Shown here: positions 28,263 through 37,647 of the stretch, piece by piece
How positions within the stretch are numbered: position 1 is the first letter of the stretch
Layout of the letters: the number at the start of each line of letters is the position of its first letter
The notes under the pieces: model-generated
Databases searched by the model: none
What the model saw: the letters and a program-made list of their open reading frames with translations, nothing else
Told to the model about the DNA's origin: nothing
Source of the DNA: Candidatus Ozemobacteraceae bacterium
Lineage (GTDB): Bacteria; Muiribacteriota; Ozemobacteria; Ozemobacterales; Ozemobacteraceae
Reading direction: 5' to 3'
Assembly (NCBI GenBank): GCA_965140445.1
Contig: OZ223236.1
Location: forward strand, 4,576,001 to 4,640,000
Length of the DNA: 64,000 nt
Program-made: the position numbers and the translations under genes

Positions 28263-29186
28263 ATGATGAAAAAAAATTACCTAGCTTTAATTTGCCTCAC
28301 GTTGGCATTGCTAATCCCTTATTCAGGGAATTGCTTTGAGAATTGGTCGGAAAATTCCCCAAATGAGTCAGACATAGGCCAAGGGGCTTTTATCCAACGC
28401 GAGTATCTTGAATTATACGTACCAAAAACATTTGAGGGCAGGACGGCTAAAGAATGGCGCACCGTTCATGGCATCCAATTACAAAATGCCGTCAGATTTT
28501 ACAGAACAACAAGCAAAGTCCAACTTAGAGGATCTGTAACTGTTTTTGATTTTGATTACACTCAAGACAATCTCGACATTCAAGTTTTTCGCTCCAGAGC
28601 TAGAAGACCAGGTACGAACTCCTGCATGGACTGCCATGGTGGCGAGTTTGCAAGGACTACAGCAATCATCGGACAGGAACATCAGGAATTGATTTCAAAA
28701 CCCGTCAAACGAGGAAAAATAACCTTCACCCTGAACAATTCCACCAAAGAAGCTTTCCATGCAGGAGTTAATCATTGGTTATCCCATAATCTTTTAGCAA
28801 AATTGGACTACAAATGGGGATATCTAAAACAAGGACGCCACAATCTTCAGGCAAAAGCCTGGACTCTAGGCCTATCTGGCATGATAAAGCATAAATGGAA
28901 TTGGTCTACCGACCTTATTTACTCAAAAACAGACTCTTACAAAAGTAGAAAAACATTTGTAGGAAAGTTAAACTACTTTTTAAGCAAAGGATTGCGCCTT
29001 GGAGTTTCTGGCGGAGCCTTTCTTGATGGTTATACTCACTTTGGAACAGAAATGTCTGAAATGGGACTTGTCAGCATGGGACTGGAAAAAGATGATCCAA
29101 CGCTTTTACCAACCCTTTTCACCAAATTAAAGAACGATATGTTTGGATACCTGCAATATACAGTCGAATACGAATACAAATTTTAA
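28263..29186 (+). CDS. Predicted outer-membrane beta-barrel protein containing a single CxxCH motif
   Basis: Signal peptide; alternating amphipathic strands; C-terminal YLQYTVEYEYKF beta-signal; SCMDCHGG. Confidence 0.62.
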   Translation: MMKKNYLALICLTLALLIPYSGNCFENWSENSPNESDIGQGAFIQREYLELYVPKTFEGRTAKEWRTVHGIQLQNAVRFYRTTSKVQLRGSVTVFDFDYTQDNLDIQVFRSRARRPGTNSCMDCHGGEFARTTAIIGQEHQELISKPVKRGKITFTLNNSTKEAFHAGVNHWLSHNLLAKLDYKWGYLKQGRHNLQAKAWTLGLSGMIKHKWNWSTDLIYSKTDSYKSRKTFVGKLNYFLSKGLRLGVSGGAFLDGYTHFGTEMSEMGLVSMGLEKDDPTLLPTLFTKLKNDMFGYLQYTVEYEYKF

Positions 29187-29247
29187 ATTATTCGATAAGA
29201 GAATCCATAAATTAAATTTCTTAAATTTTTATAAAACATTTAGGAAT

Positions 29248-29289
29248 AAAAAAAATCCCAGAATGCTTAAAAGCACTCTGGGATTTTTT
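29248..29289. terminator. Bidirectional Rho-independent terminator between convergent genes
   Basis: A8-TCCCAGAATGCT-TAAA-AGCACTCTGGGA-T6. Confidence 0.8.
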
Positions 29290-29298
29290 ATTTTTACT

Positions 29299-31854
29299 TT
29301 AAGCCCAGAGGATGTTTCCAGTTAGGATTGGATGAATAAGATCAGGATGAGATGGAACGACTCTTACAGTTAATCCCATCTTGCCGCTGTAATTAAGGGC
29401 TACGCCGCCTTTAAATTCAGCATAACCATCAGATTCTTTAACAACTTCAAGGTCAACTATTTCGCCAACTTCAAGAACGTCACTGTCTTCCATATTCCCA
29501 TGGAATACCTGAACAATAACATCAGAAGCTTTAAGTTGATCCAGGTTTAGTTTAACTTCAACATCAACAATGTCTCCGACTTTGTGATCACTGGAACCAT
29601 TGGCTTCAATACCCTGAATGCTGATTTTTCCCCAGCAGTTTTTAAGTTTGATCAACCAGGCTGCAAGATCACAAGCTCTTTTTCTATCATTTGCAGACAA
29701 TGAATTATATCGGACGTTAGCCGGCACATAAAACCTGTCATTGTATTCAGCAACCATTCTGTTGGTATTGAAAAACGGGTTCACCTGTTTCATAGTTTCT
29801 TTCATCATGTGAATCCATCTTCTAGGCAGAGCGTCCTGCTTTCTATCATAGAAAGTTGGAGCAACTTCTTTTTCAAGCAGTTCATAAAGAGAGTTAGCTT
29901 CAACTTCATCCTGGTAATCCAGATTAGCAAATTCTTCTCTGCTACCAATTGCCCAACCGATTTCAGGATTGTATGCTTCATCCCACCAACCATCAAGAAT
30001 GGAAAGGTTTAATCCACCGTTGGCAGAAGATTTCATTCCAGAAGTTCCGCTTGCTTCCTGAGGTCTTCTTGGGTTATTAAGCCATACATCTACACCCTGA
30101 ACAAGATAGCGGGCAACAACAACATCATAATCTTCAATAAAGACTATATGTCTTCTAAGTCTTTCATCGCGGCATTGTTTAACAATCTCTTTGATGAAGT
30201 TCTTTCCAGGCTCATCTTTTGGATGCGCTTTACCAGCAACAATAATCTGAATTGGTCTTTCTTTGTTTGTCAGTATTTTGATCAAGCGCTCTTTATCTTT
30301 GAAAAGTAGAGTCGCTCTTTTATAAGTTGCAAATCTTCTGGCAAAACCAATTGTAAGAATTTCTGGATTAAGAATTTCAGAGGCTGAAGCTATTTCAGAT
30401 TGAGGTGCATTTCTCTGTTTGAGCTGTTTTTCAAGTCTATGTCTTGCAAAAGCAACTAATCTTTCTCTTCTTCTCTCATGTGTTCTCCACAATTCTTCCA
30501 TTGGAATCATCTCGATTTTTTCCCAAACACTATGATCACCAGGATTCATAACCCATCTTGGGCCAAGGTAACGATCGAAAAGAGCAGAAAGTTCCTGAGA
30601 TACATAAGATCTTGTGTGAACACCGTTTGTTACTGAATCAATTGGAATTTCCTGGAAAGGAACTGCAGGATATAAATCACCCCACATTTTTCTGGAAACC
30701 TTGCCATGAAGTTTACTTACGCCGTTAGCTGCACCGCATAGGTTCAATGCGCAAACTGCCATTGAGAAACCATCACCCTTTGGAGTGTTATCCTGCCAGC
30801 CAAGGTCAATAAATTCCTGCCATGAAATTCCAAGCTTTGAATAATACTGTGAGAAGTATTTTTCCATAAGTTCTTTAGAGAAAACGTCAATCCCTGCAGG
30901 AACTGGAGTATGAGTGGTAAAAACATTGCTTGATCTAGTTAATTCAAGGGCTTCATGGAATTCCATCTGGTGTCTTTCCATGGCAACAGCGATTCTTTCA
31001 AGCGCAAGAAAAGCTGAATGGCCTTCGTTCATGTGGTAAACCCTTGGATGCATATTCAACGCGTGCAGCGCTCTCAAGCCACCAATTCCAAGAACGATTT
31101 CCTGCATAATTCTAGTTTCTGTATCACCACCATAAAGCTCTCGAGTAATCCAACGATCGCCTGCAGAGTTTTCTGGAGTATCAGTATCAAGAAGAATCAA
31201 TGGAACCCTACCAATCTGGAGTTTCCATAGTAGGCAGTAAACAGATCTGCCTGGCATCTGAACACTAATTTTTTTCTGATTGCCATTTTCATCGCAGAGT
31301 GGAGTAATAGGCATGTTATGGAAATCATTTGCAGGATAAAGTTCTTGCTGATAACCACCAGCATTCAATCTCTGCTGGAAATAGCCAACGCGATAAAGCA
31401 TTCCAATAGCTACCAGAGGTATGCCAAGGTCAGAGGCGGATTTCAAATGGTCTCCTGCGAGCATTCCAAGACCACCAGAATAAAGTCTAACGCTTTCGGT
31501 CAAACCAAATTCTGCAGAGTAGTAAGCAACCATAGGGCTATCTTGTTCCCCATGATTCTTAATAAACCAGGTCTGTTTATCCTCAATATATTCCTTAAAA
31601 CTTTCACAAACCCTATTCATATGAGCGAGGAAAGCTTCATCTTTTCCTTTTGCTGCAAGACGATCCTGGGAAATAGTCCCTAGCATCTTAACAGGATTAT
31701 GATATGTGTCTTCCCACAAAACGGGGTCCAAACGACGCCAAAGAGCTATAGCTTCAGGATTCCAACACCACCACAGGTTATTAGCTAATTCCTTTAAAGG
31801 GGCTAACGACTCTGGTAAACTTGGAACCACTACAAAGGTCTTAATAGGCTTCAT
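29299..31854 (-). CDS. glgP: Alpha-glucan (glycogen/maltodextrin) phosphorylase
   Basis: LANNLWWCW, YSGGLGMLAGDH, HMNEGH, FTTHTPV, GFARRFATYKR, PLP site EASGTSGMK. Confidence 0.97.
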   Translation of the reverse strand: MKPIKTFVVVPSLPESLAPLKELANNLWWCWNPEAIALWRRLDPVLWEDTYHNPVKMLGTISQDRLAAKGKDEAFLAHMNRVCESFKEYIEDKQTWFIKNHGEQDSPMVAYYSAEFGLTESVRLYSGGLGMLAGDHLKSASDLGIPLVAIGMLYRVGYFQQRLNAGGYQQELYPANDFHNMPITPLCDENGNQKKISVQMPGRSVYCLLWKLQIGRVPLILLDTDTPENSAGDRWITRELYGGDTETRIMQEIVLGIGGLRALHALNMHPRVYHMNEGHSAFLALERIAVAMERHQMEFHEALELTRSSNVFTTHTPVPAGIDVFSKELMEKYFSQYYSKLGISWQEFIDLGWQDNTPKGDGFSMAVCALNLCGAANGVSKLHGKVSRKMWGDLYPAVPFQEIPIDSVTNGVHTRSYVSQELSALFDRYLGPRWVMNPGDHSVWEKIEMIPMEELWRTHERRRERLVAFARHRLEKQLKQRNAPQSEIASASEILNPEILTIGFARRFATYKRATLLFKDKERLIKILTNKERPIQIIVAGKAHPKDEPGKNFIKEIVKQCRDERLRRHIVFIEDYDVVVARYLVQGVDVWLNNPRRPQEASGTSGMKSSANGGLNLSILDGWWDEAYNPEIGWAIGSREEFANLDYQDEVEANSLYELLEKEVAPTFYDRKQDALPRRWIHMMKETMKQVNPFFNTNRMVAEYNDRFYVPANVRYNSLSANDRKRACDLAAWLIKLKNCWGKISIQGIEANGSSDHKVGDIVDVEVKLNLDQLKASDVIVQVFHGNMEDSDVLEVGEIVDLEVVKESDGYAEFKGGVALNYSGKMGLTVRVVPSHPDLIHPILTGNILWA

Positions 31855-31932
31855 TAAAAATGGGCCTCCTGTAAAAAATTTTGTGCCTTTTTATACCATT
31901 ATTGAGAATCATCTGCAAGCACAAAATATACC

Positions 31933-31954
31933 GGGGCACGGTTTTTCGTGCCCT
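31933..31954. terminator. Short GC-rich hairpin upstream of glgP, possible terminator for the islet genes
   Basis: GGGCACG-GTTTTT-CGTGCCC; weak U tract. Confidence 0.35.
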
Positions 31955-32132
31955 CTGTAAGTCGGTATTAATAATTAAACAAGGTGCTTTTTTTCTCTGT
32001 TTTTTTTAGCCGCAAAAAAATGAAACTTTCTTGCTAAAGACCCATTAGAATTGAGAACATTCAACGCTCTCTGATCAATATTTCAAGGAGAAAACCAACC
32101 TGGAAACTTGGCACTCCAATCAAACGTTGCAC

Positions 32133-32468
32133 TCAATCACCCAAAAAAGCCCCCAGGCAATAGTCACGCTCAACCCTTGAGATTCTAGTTTTAAAAGACG
32201 AATACCATTTTTCATGGCCCAATCTTTGTGCCACTTTATGCTCAACATTAGCTTTCCAGCTTTTGATTGACTCAAGATCAGACCAATACGAAACAGTAAT
32301 ACCCACATCTTCTCTTGCTGACTCAAAGCCCAAAAATCCTGGTAGTTTTGATGCCAGTCCAAGCATTTTTACCGCCATTTCTTCATACCCCTCATCTTCT
32401 TCAGTTCTTAGAGATGTAAAAATAACTGCGTAATACGGTGGTTTTGGCGTTTTTGCGATTAAAGACAT
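32133..32468 (-). CDS. Antibiotic biosynthesis monooxygenase (ABM) family protein
   Basis: TPKPPYYAVIFTS, PGFLGFES, GITVSYW, H..AQ..G..WY; RBS AGGAG before ATG 32468. Confidence 0.9.
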   Translation of the reverse strand: MSLIAKTPKPPYYAVIFTSLRTEEDEGYEEMAVKMLGLASKLPGFLGFESAREDVGITVSYWSDLESIKSWKANVEHKVAQRLGHEKWYSSFKTRISRVERDYCLGAFLGD

Positions 32469-32661
32469 TAGAACTCCTTTCAGCATTTAAACACAATTTG
32501 ACGCTTGTGTAATTTTTGCCGTTCATTATCTAGACTCATAACTACTTTTAACTTTTAATAAAAGAATTTGGTGATTAAAACTTCATAACCCACGAAGCTC
32601 AGGACAAGTTTTCCTTAGCTATGGATCAAAAATCGGATTAGGGAATTGTTTTGATAAATTT

Positions 32662-33387
32662 CTAATTTTTCAATAGAATTTCACTAAGATCTTTTTCTAT
32701 AGAGCCTTCAAAAATGTTCCCATGGTAACAGATAATTTTTTCAACATGCATTTTTCTAATTTTTTCAATCGAACGCAAAGCTTCTTTCTTATCTAAGGTG
32801 AATTGGGGATTAGCTATAACAAGCTTCTTATCTTCAATTGCTAATGCATCACCAGCTAGAAAAACATTGTTTTCTTCGAGAAACAGTGAAATATGGCCAG
32901 GGGTATGCCCCGGTGTATTTATAACCTTCACACCTTCAGTTAAATATTCATTGTCATCAATACATTCATCAACAGGGCATGTATTTATGGTTTCCAGATA
33001 GCTGGCAAATCGCTCCCCAAATTCCTTTTCTTTACCTTTTAGATTTTCATTGTGTTTTTGGGCTTGAACCAAACGCATGGATTTTTCTTCTCCCGAGATG
33101 AAGCTTGATTCAAAACGACTTGCGACTATTTTGATCTCCGGATTTACGTCCTTAATTTCTTTCAATGAACCAATGTGATCGTGGTCATGGTGAGATATTA
33201 CAATTTTCTTTAAATCAGAAACCTTAAAACCAATTGCCCCTAATGCACTTTCAATCTCTGGCAATTGATTTGGATATCCAGCATCAAAAAGGATGAGGCC
33301 ATCCCCAGTTTGTATTACAACTGGATTAATTTCCGATTTAACAAAACCAAGATCTTTAATAATCGATAAAACAAAGTATTCTGTCAT
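32662..33387 (-). CDS. MBL-fold metallo-hydrolase
   Basis: LFDAG, SHHDHDHIG, TPGHTPGH, AGDA, CYHG. Confidence 0.92.
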   Translation of the reverse strand: MTEYFVLSIIKDLGFVKSEINPVVIQTGDGLILFDAGYPNQLPEIESALGAIGFKVSDLKKIVISHHDHDHIGSLKEIKDVNPEIKIVASRFESSFISGEEKSMRLVQAQKHNENLKGKEKEFGERFASYLETINTCPVDECIDDNEYLTEGVKVINTPGHTPGHISLFLEENNVFLAGDALAIEDKKLVIANPQFTLDKKEALRSIEKIRKMHVEKIICYHGNIFEGSIEKDLSEILLKN

Positions 33388-33479
33388 TTAATCTCCTGCA
33401 CTAATTATGCTTACCCAGAAAAGGAACATGTTATCGCCGTTTGAAGGTTGTCCTATATTTAGTGGTGCCGTAAATTTTC

Positions 33480-34325
33480 TCATTTTTGCCCGCAGGCACG
33501 ATAGCCATACCGAGCTAAATAATGCCAAATTTTCTTAATGTCCTGTTCGTTATATCCATGCCTGGTAACAGCTAGTCCAAGCATTTTTGCATTGATGATT
33601 CCGTTTTCAGCAATATTTTTAGCCAAATCAACGAATTGTTTGCCCCTGTAATCAGGGTAAAGCTCAATTGTCTCAACACTTAACTCATAACCAGCATGCC
33701 ATTTAATTGGAATGCCCAACTGCTTAGCTTGAATTTCGATTTCACTTAGCCTGTATATTGGATCTAAAACTAAGCATTCCACATCATTTTTCAGCGAAAT
33801 TGTCCCATGAATATGTGCCTCTATATAATCATCAAGTAAATCAACCTGCGCATGTCTGGCTTTATTAATTAAAAAACTCACTTTTGCAGACACTGCAAAA
33901 TCTTCAGGTTCATAAAAACTATCCGGATAACAAAAGGTTGTGCGTTCAAGCATATGCGGCTTCAATTGGAAATAGGCGGAACCAAAACGAGGTGAAGCAC
34001 CAGTTTCGTAACCGCGAAAATTGAGCGCGCCATATTTTGGCCTTAGACTTACAGGAGCATCATCATAAGCTCCATCAAAAGCTTTTTGCTCCCATAGCCA
34101 TCTTTCTCCGCCCTTGTAAGCCGTCAATCCTCCGTTACTTGTACCTGTTTCAAATTGAGACCTAAGTTTCCCATCAGAAGCAATAGCAGATAGCAAAGGC
34201 CTTTTATCTGAAGTATATCTATCTGGATGAAAGTTGATGGTAACGGAGTGCTTTGTAGCCTCAGTAATGCCTCGAGACTTAACTCGTATATTCTCAATTG
34301 CTCTGAAAACAAAATCTTTACTCAT
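33480..34325 (-). CDS. DUF3626 family protein
   Basis: VTINFHPDR, RSQFETGTSNGGLTA, RPKYGALN, SPRFGS, YPDS, DDYIEAHIHG. Confidence 0.8.
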   Translation of the reverse strand: MSKDFVFRAIENIRVKSRGITEATKHSVTINFHPDRYTSDKRPLLSAIASDGKLRSQFETGTSNGGLTAYKGGERWLWEQKAFDGAYDDAPVSLRPKYGALNFRGYETGASPRFGSAYFQLKPHMLERTTFCYPDSFYEPEDFAVSAKVSFLINKARHAQVDLLDDYIEAHIHGTISLKNDVECLVLDPIYRLSEIEIQAKQLGIPIKWHAGYELSVETIELYPDYRGKQFVDLAKNIAENGIINAKMLGLAVTRHGYNEQDIKKIWHYLARYGYRACGQK

Positions 34326-34768
34326 CTATTCACCATTTGTTACGAAAAAATTGCCGAAATGCAACTGCTGTATTTCTTGTGACAACAATTTTGCAGACAC
34401 CAGCTTAAACAACTTTCCATTTCTTAGCATTTAAACAACTAAAACAGTCTTTCCTTTTATTACCTAACGTTAAAAGACATTAAAAGTAACGGTCTGAAAA
34501 CAAAAAAATTAAACTCCTCAGCCGCTATTGTGCACCACCAATCTTTTCTAACTCACAAAGAAAGTTCAGTGTATGCTACATGCAGACATGGGAGGTTTGA
34601 AAAAACCTGTAGGTTGCAAGAGAAAGTTGGCATTTATCGCAAAGTTCCCTTTCCTAAATGAAAGTATATTATTGCCACCGCCCCGTTCTTAGAAAAGAGA
34701 TACCTACGCCAGGTTCACAAGCGATTCTTTGAACGATTAACTTTAAGTTTAAAGAACCTAAAGGCCGC

Positions 34769-36733
34769 TTATTTTCGAGAAAACCTTTGCTCCAGGAATT
34801 TTAAATCGCTCTCGATCAAAGTAGCCAGCACGGGAAGCCTTTCATTATAAAGCTTTGCATTCTGTCCTGTAAGACTATAATCATTCCCCATCAGGGCTAT
34901 CCAATAGAGCTTGCCAGAGGCATCAGCATCAAAAATATTCATGAAGCCTTCATGGCGCACTAAAATCCTTCCCAATACAGACTCTTCAATGTTTACAACT
35001 GGAAAGCCCAGCTCGTCTGCTCCTGTGGTATTTTCAACCTTTAAATTAAGGTATTTTGCAATAATGGGAATAATATTCATGTGATTCGAAACTTTATTTA
35101 CCACCTCGGGTTTGATTCCTCCTCCAACCACAATCAGGGGCACTCTAAACTGGATGTAATGTGGACCTGTTGAGTGACCAAAGAACCCACTCTCTCCTAA
35201 TGATTCACCGTGATCGCCCAGGATTATAAAAACTGTTTTCTTATCCAGGCCGCTCTTTTTAACCTTATCAAAAAACCTGGTCAAACAATCATCAGCCCAT
35301 AGAGCGGCATTTTTGTAACGATTGCCTATACCTGCCCTATTTTCTGGTGTAGGTTCAAGAGTAAAAACATTATTTTTCTCTGGAGTAACAGGCTTAAATC
35401 GCTCAAATTCAGGTGGGTAATAATAGTTGAAATGCATGTTGTATAAATAGGATAAGTAAATGGCTTTTCCCGGTTCTTTAAGTTGACTAAAAGTCTTGTT
35501 TAAAACAGCTTCAGTAGACTGAAAATCGCTTACCGGGCCTGTTGTAATTATATTTTCTCGACCCCAGAAGGGAATTTCAGTTATTGAAGACTTTAATGAG
35601 GGTCCAATTAGCCCAGTTTTATATCCGGCTCTGTTAGCTGAAATCTCAAAATTTGAAACATCAAAAATTTCAGGGGAAAAGGCAATATTTATAGGAAAGT
35701 TTGAGTGAAAGACGCTATAAAAACTGCTTAAGCTAATATTTGAAAGAGAAAAATGGTTTTTAAACAATAGACCATTTTCAGCGACTTTCTTTAAGCCAGG
35801 CATCAACTTTTGAAAAGCATCAGATCTAAGACTTTCAACAAAGATGAAAACTATTTTTTCGGGAGATTCCTTTCCCCATTCATATCTTCCGTCTCCGTAA
35901 CAAAAATCAATATCAATTCTGTAATCCTTATCCAACACGGCCGCCAAATCAGAACTATCTGCCATTCGCGGATGTAGAGGCAATGGCAACAAGCCAAGAT
36001 TCAATTTTAGCGAAACGTAATCAGCAATAGAAACCTTTGAGCAAATCGGGTTAAAAATAAGCAATCCAGAAACAAAAAGAAATAGAGGAACAATTAACAA
36101 AGTCTTTAGATTTAAACTCCACTTATCCTCCTTTTTATACTTACAAACAAAATATGATGCGATAAATGGAAAAATTACTACTATTGCAATTTCAAAGATA
36201 AAAACCCATGAATTGCTCCCCAAGTGAGTTGCAGATTCAACAAAGAGCGATTTTACCCTCCAGAACTCAGCAAGGTATTTTATTGATAAGTGCGTCTTTG
36301 TAACCAAATACAAGCGCCAATCAAGGTATGCAAAAATAGCTAAAAGAAAATTGAAAATTAATAAAGCATTAAGAAAAAAAGTGGAAAGCTTTTGGGCAAA
36401 AAACAACTGAAATGCATAAATTGCATAGCATCCGCAAAATAGTATCAAAAGAATCCAGTCTTGAACTCCATTGCCATTAGCCAGGACACAGTTTATAGAG
36501 AAAAAACTGATTAGAAGCCCTGAGTATAAAAATATAGTTCTAGAGTTCACTTTCAATTTTATTAATGAAATTGAAAGTAAAAGAGAAAATATCCCATAAA
36601 CCAAAATAGGATTTAAATATGACAAAAGAATTACCGAATTCTGGTTCAATATAACTCCCATTAACTTCAACAAAATGAAAAGCGTTGAAGCTATCTGGAA
36701 AGGGATCAGATACTCAAAGTGTTTTTTTGTCAT
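34769..36733 (-). CDS. Membrane-anchored sulfatase/LTA synthase-like protein (YejM/PbgA-like)
   Basis: Multi-TM N-half; IFVESLRSD, HFSLSNIS, HFNY, YKNA, GDHGES, HS, VPL. Confidence 0.75.
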   Translation of the reverse strand: MTKKHFEYLIPFQIASTLFILLKLMGVILNQNSVILLSYLNPILVYGIFSLLLSISLIKLKVNSRTIFLYSGLLISFFSINCVLANGNGVQDWILLILFCGCYAIYAFQLFFAQKLSTFFLNALLIFNFLLAIFAYLDWRLYLVTKTHLSIKYLAEFWRVKSLFVESATHLGSNSWVFIFEIAIVVIFPFIASYFVCKYKKEDKWSLNLKTLLIVPLFLFVSGLLIFNPICSKVSIADYVSLKLNLGLLPLPLHPRMADSSDLAAVLDKDYRIDIDFCYGDGRYEWGKESPEKIVFIFVESLRSDAFQKLMPGLKKVAENGLLFKNHFSLSNISLSSFYSVFHSNFPINIAFSPEIFDVSNFEISANRAGYKTGLIGPSLKSSITEIPFWGRENIITTGPVSDFQSTEAVLNKTFSQLKEPGKAIYLSYLYNMHFNYYYPPEFERFKPVTPEKNNVFTLEPTPENRAGIGNRYKNAALWADDCLTRFFDKVKKSGLDKKTVFIILGDHGESLGESGFFGHSTGPHYIQFRVPLIVVGGGIKPEVVNKVSNHMNIIPIIAKYLNLKVENTTGADELGFPVVNIEESVLGRILVRHEGFMNIFDADASGKLYWIALMGNDYSLTGQNAKLYNERLPVLATLIESDLKFLEQRFSRK

Positions 36734-36762
36734 TTATTTGTTCCAATAATGTTAATTGATTC

Positions 36763-36791
36763 TTGTTTCGTAGAGTAGAGTTAAGTATAAT
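36763..36791 (+). promoter_or_regulatory. Putative sigma70 promoter of lptA-like gene
   Basis: TTGTTT-17 nt-TATAAT, 11 nt before ATG 36803. Confidence 0.45.
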
Positions 36792-36802
36792 ATGCCTCTA
36801 TT

Positions 36803-37501
36803 ATGATTAAAAGAACACTTTTGATTTCAATAATTTGTCTAGTTGCATCTGTTTGCTATGCACAACCAGTAATCGTGCCAGCATCAGACACCTTCAGCAT
36901 ACCCGCAAGAAAGCCTGATTTAACAATCACAGCAAATACAATGACTGTTAAAGACGGGGTCGCTTATCTTGAAGGAAATGTTGTAGCAAAAAGGAAATTT
37001 GATTTACTGACATGCAATAAGGCAATAGTTAGTGAATCACCAAGATGGCTTCTAGCAAGCCTTACTCCAAGACTTTACAGAAAAGAGCCAATTCTTGAGA
37101 AAAAACTAACACGTGAATTGTTCCTCGACGCAAGAAACATATTCTGGGACAGTGATTCTGGGAAATTTAATGCCTCAGATTCGGTAAATCTAAAAATAGA
37201 GGAAAAAACCTGGGATATGGCAACATATTCCTGGGTTATAATTTCTTCAGATGCAATGGCTGGTTACCGCGACAACAACAGACTATTGTTTAGCGGGAAC
37301 GTTAAGATTCGAGATAAAGATAGATTTGGAGAAGGGCAAAGACTTGATTATATGAAAGATTCGTCCACTGCAATTCTATCTGGCAATGCTTATGTTGAAA
37401 CCAAAGAATGGAATGACAAAACTCATAAATTTGAAACAAGAATAATTACTGGCGAAAGAATCGTTTATAACACAGAAACTAAAGAAGCGACCTCTGAATA
37501 A
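36803..37501 (+). CDS. LptA/OstA-like beta-jellyroll exported protein
   Basis: Signal peptide; ITANTM, LEGNVV, FSGNVKI, AILSGNAYV, ITGERIVYN. Confidence 0.72.
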   Translation: MIKRTLLISIICLVASVCYAQPVIVPASDTFSIPARKPDLTITANTMTVKDGVAYLEGNVVAKRKFDLLTCNKAIVSESPRWLLASLTPRLYRKEPILEKKLTRELFLDARNIFWDSDSGKFNASDSVNLKIEEKTWDMATYSWVIISSDAMAGYRDNNRLLFSGNVKIRDKDRFGEGQRLDYMKDSSTAILSGNAYVETKEWNDKTHKFETRIITGERIVYNTETKEATSE

Positions 37502-37517
37502 GAAGCCTCTTCGTCTC

Positions 37518-37546
37518 TTGAAGATTTATGTATACAATTATATAAT
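37518..37546 (+). promoter_or_regulatory. Putative sigma70 promoter of helicase-tsaEBD-mutL-miaA operon
   Basis: TTGAAG-17 nt-TATAAT. Confidence 0.55.
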
Positions 37547-37647
37547 TTTCTAACTCTGATCAGTCAGAGGCCTAGTTTTTCTCAGATGTATTTTGATGCG
37601 GTTTGAGGGAGCTCTGCCGAAAAATTCACAACGGAATAGAAGCAAAA

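Noticed and set aside
32133..32468. IsdG-type heme oxygenase tied to the heme loci
   Set aside because: The PPYYAVIF subfamily pattern differs from IsdG and the gene sits in an unrelated islet; no support for heme degradation
31955..34768. Integron cassette array
   Set aside because: Cassette-like gene content, but no RYYYAAC...GTTRRRY inverted-repeat attC structure at the gene ends and no integrase
34326..34768. ncRNA or pseudogene in the 440-bp gap
   Set aside because: No recognisable RNA motif, long hairpin or protein-like remnant by eye; needs Infernal/BLASTX
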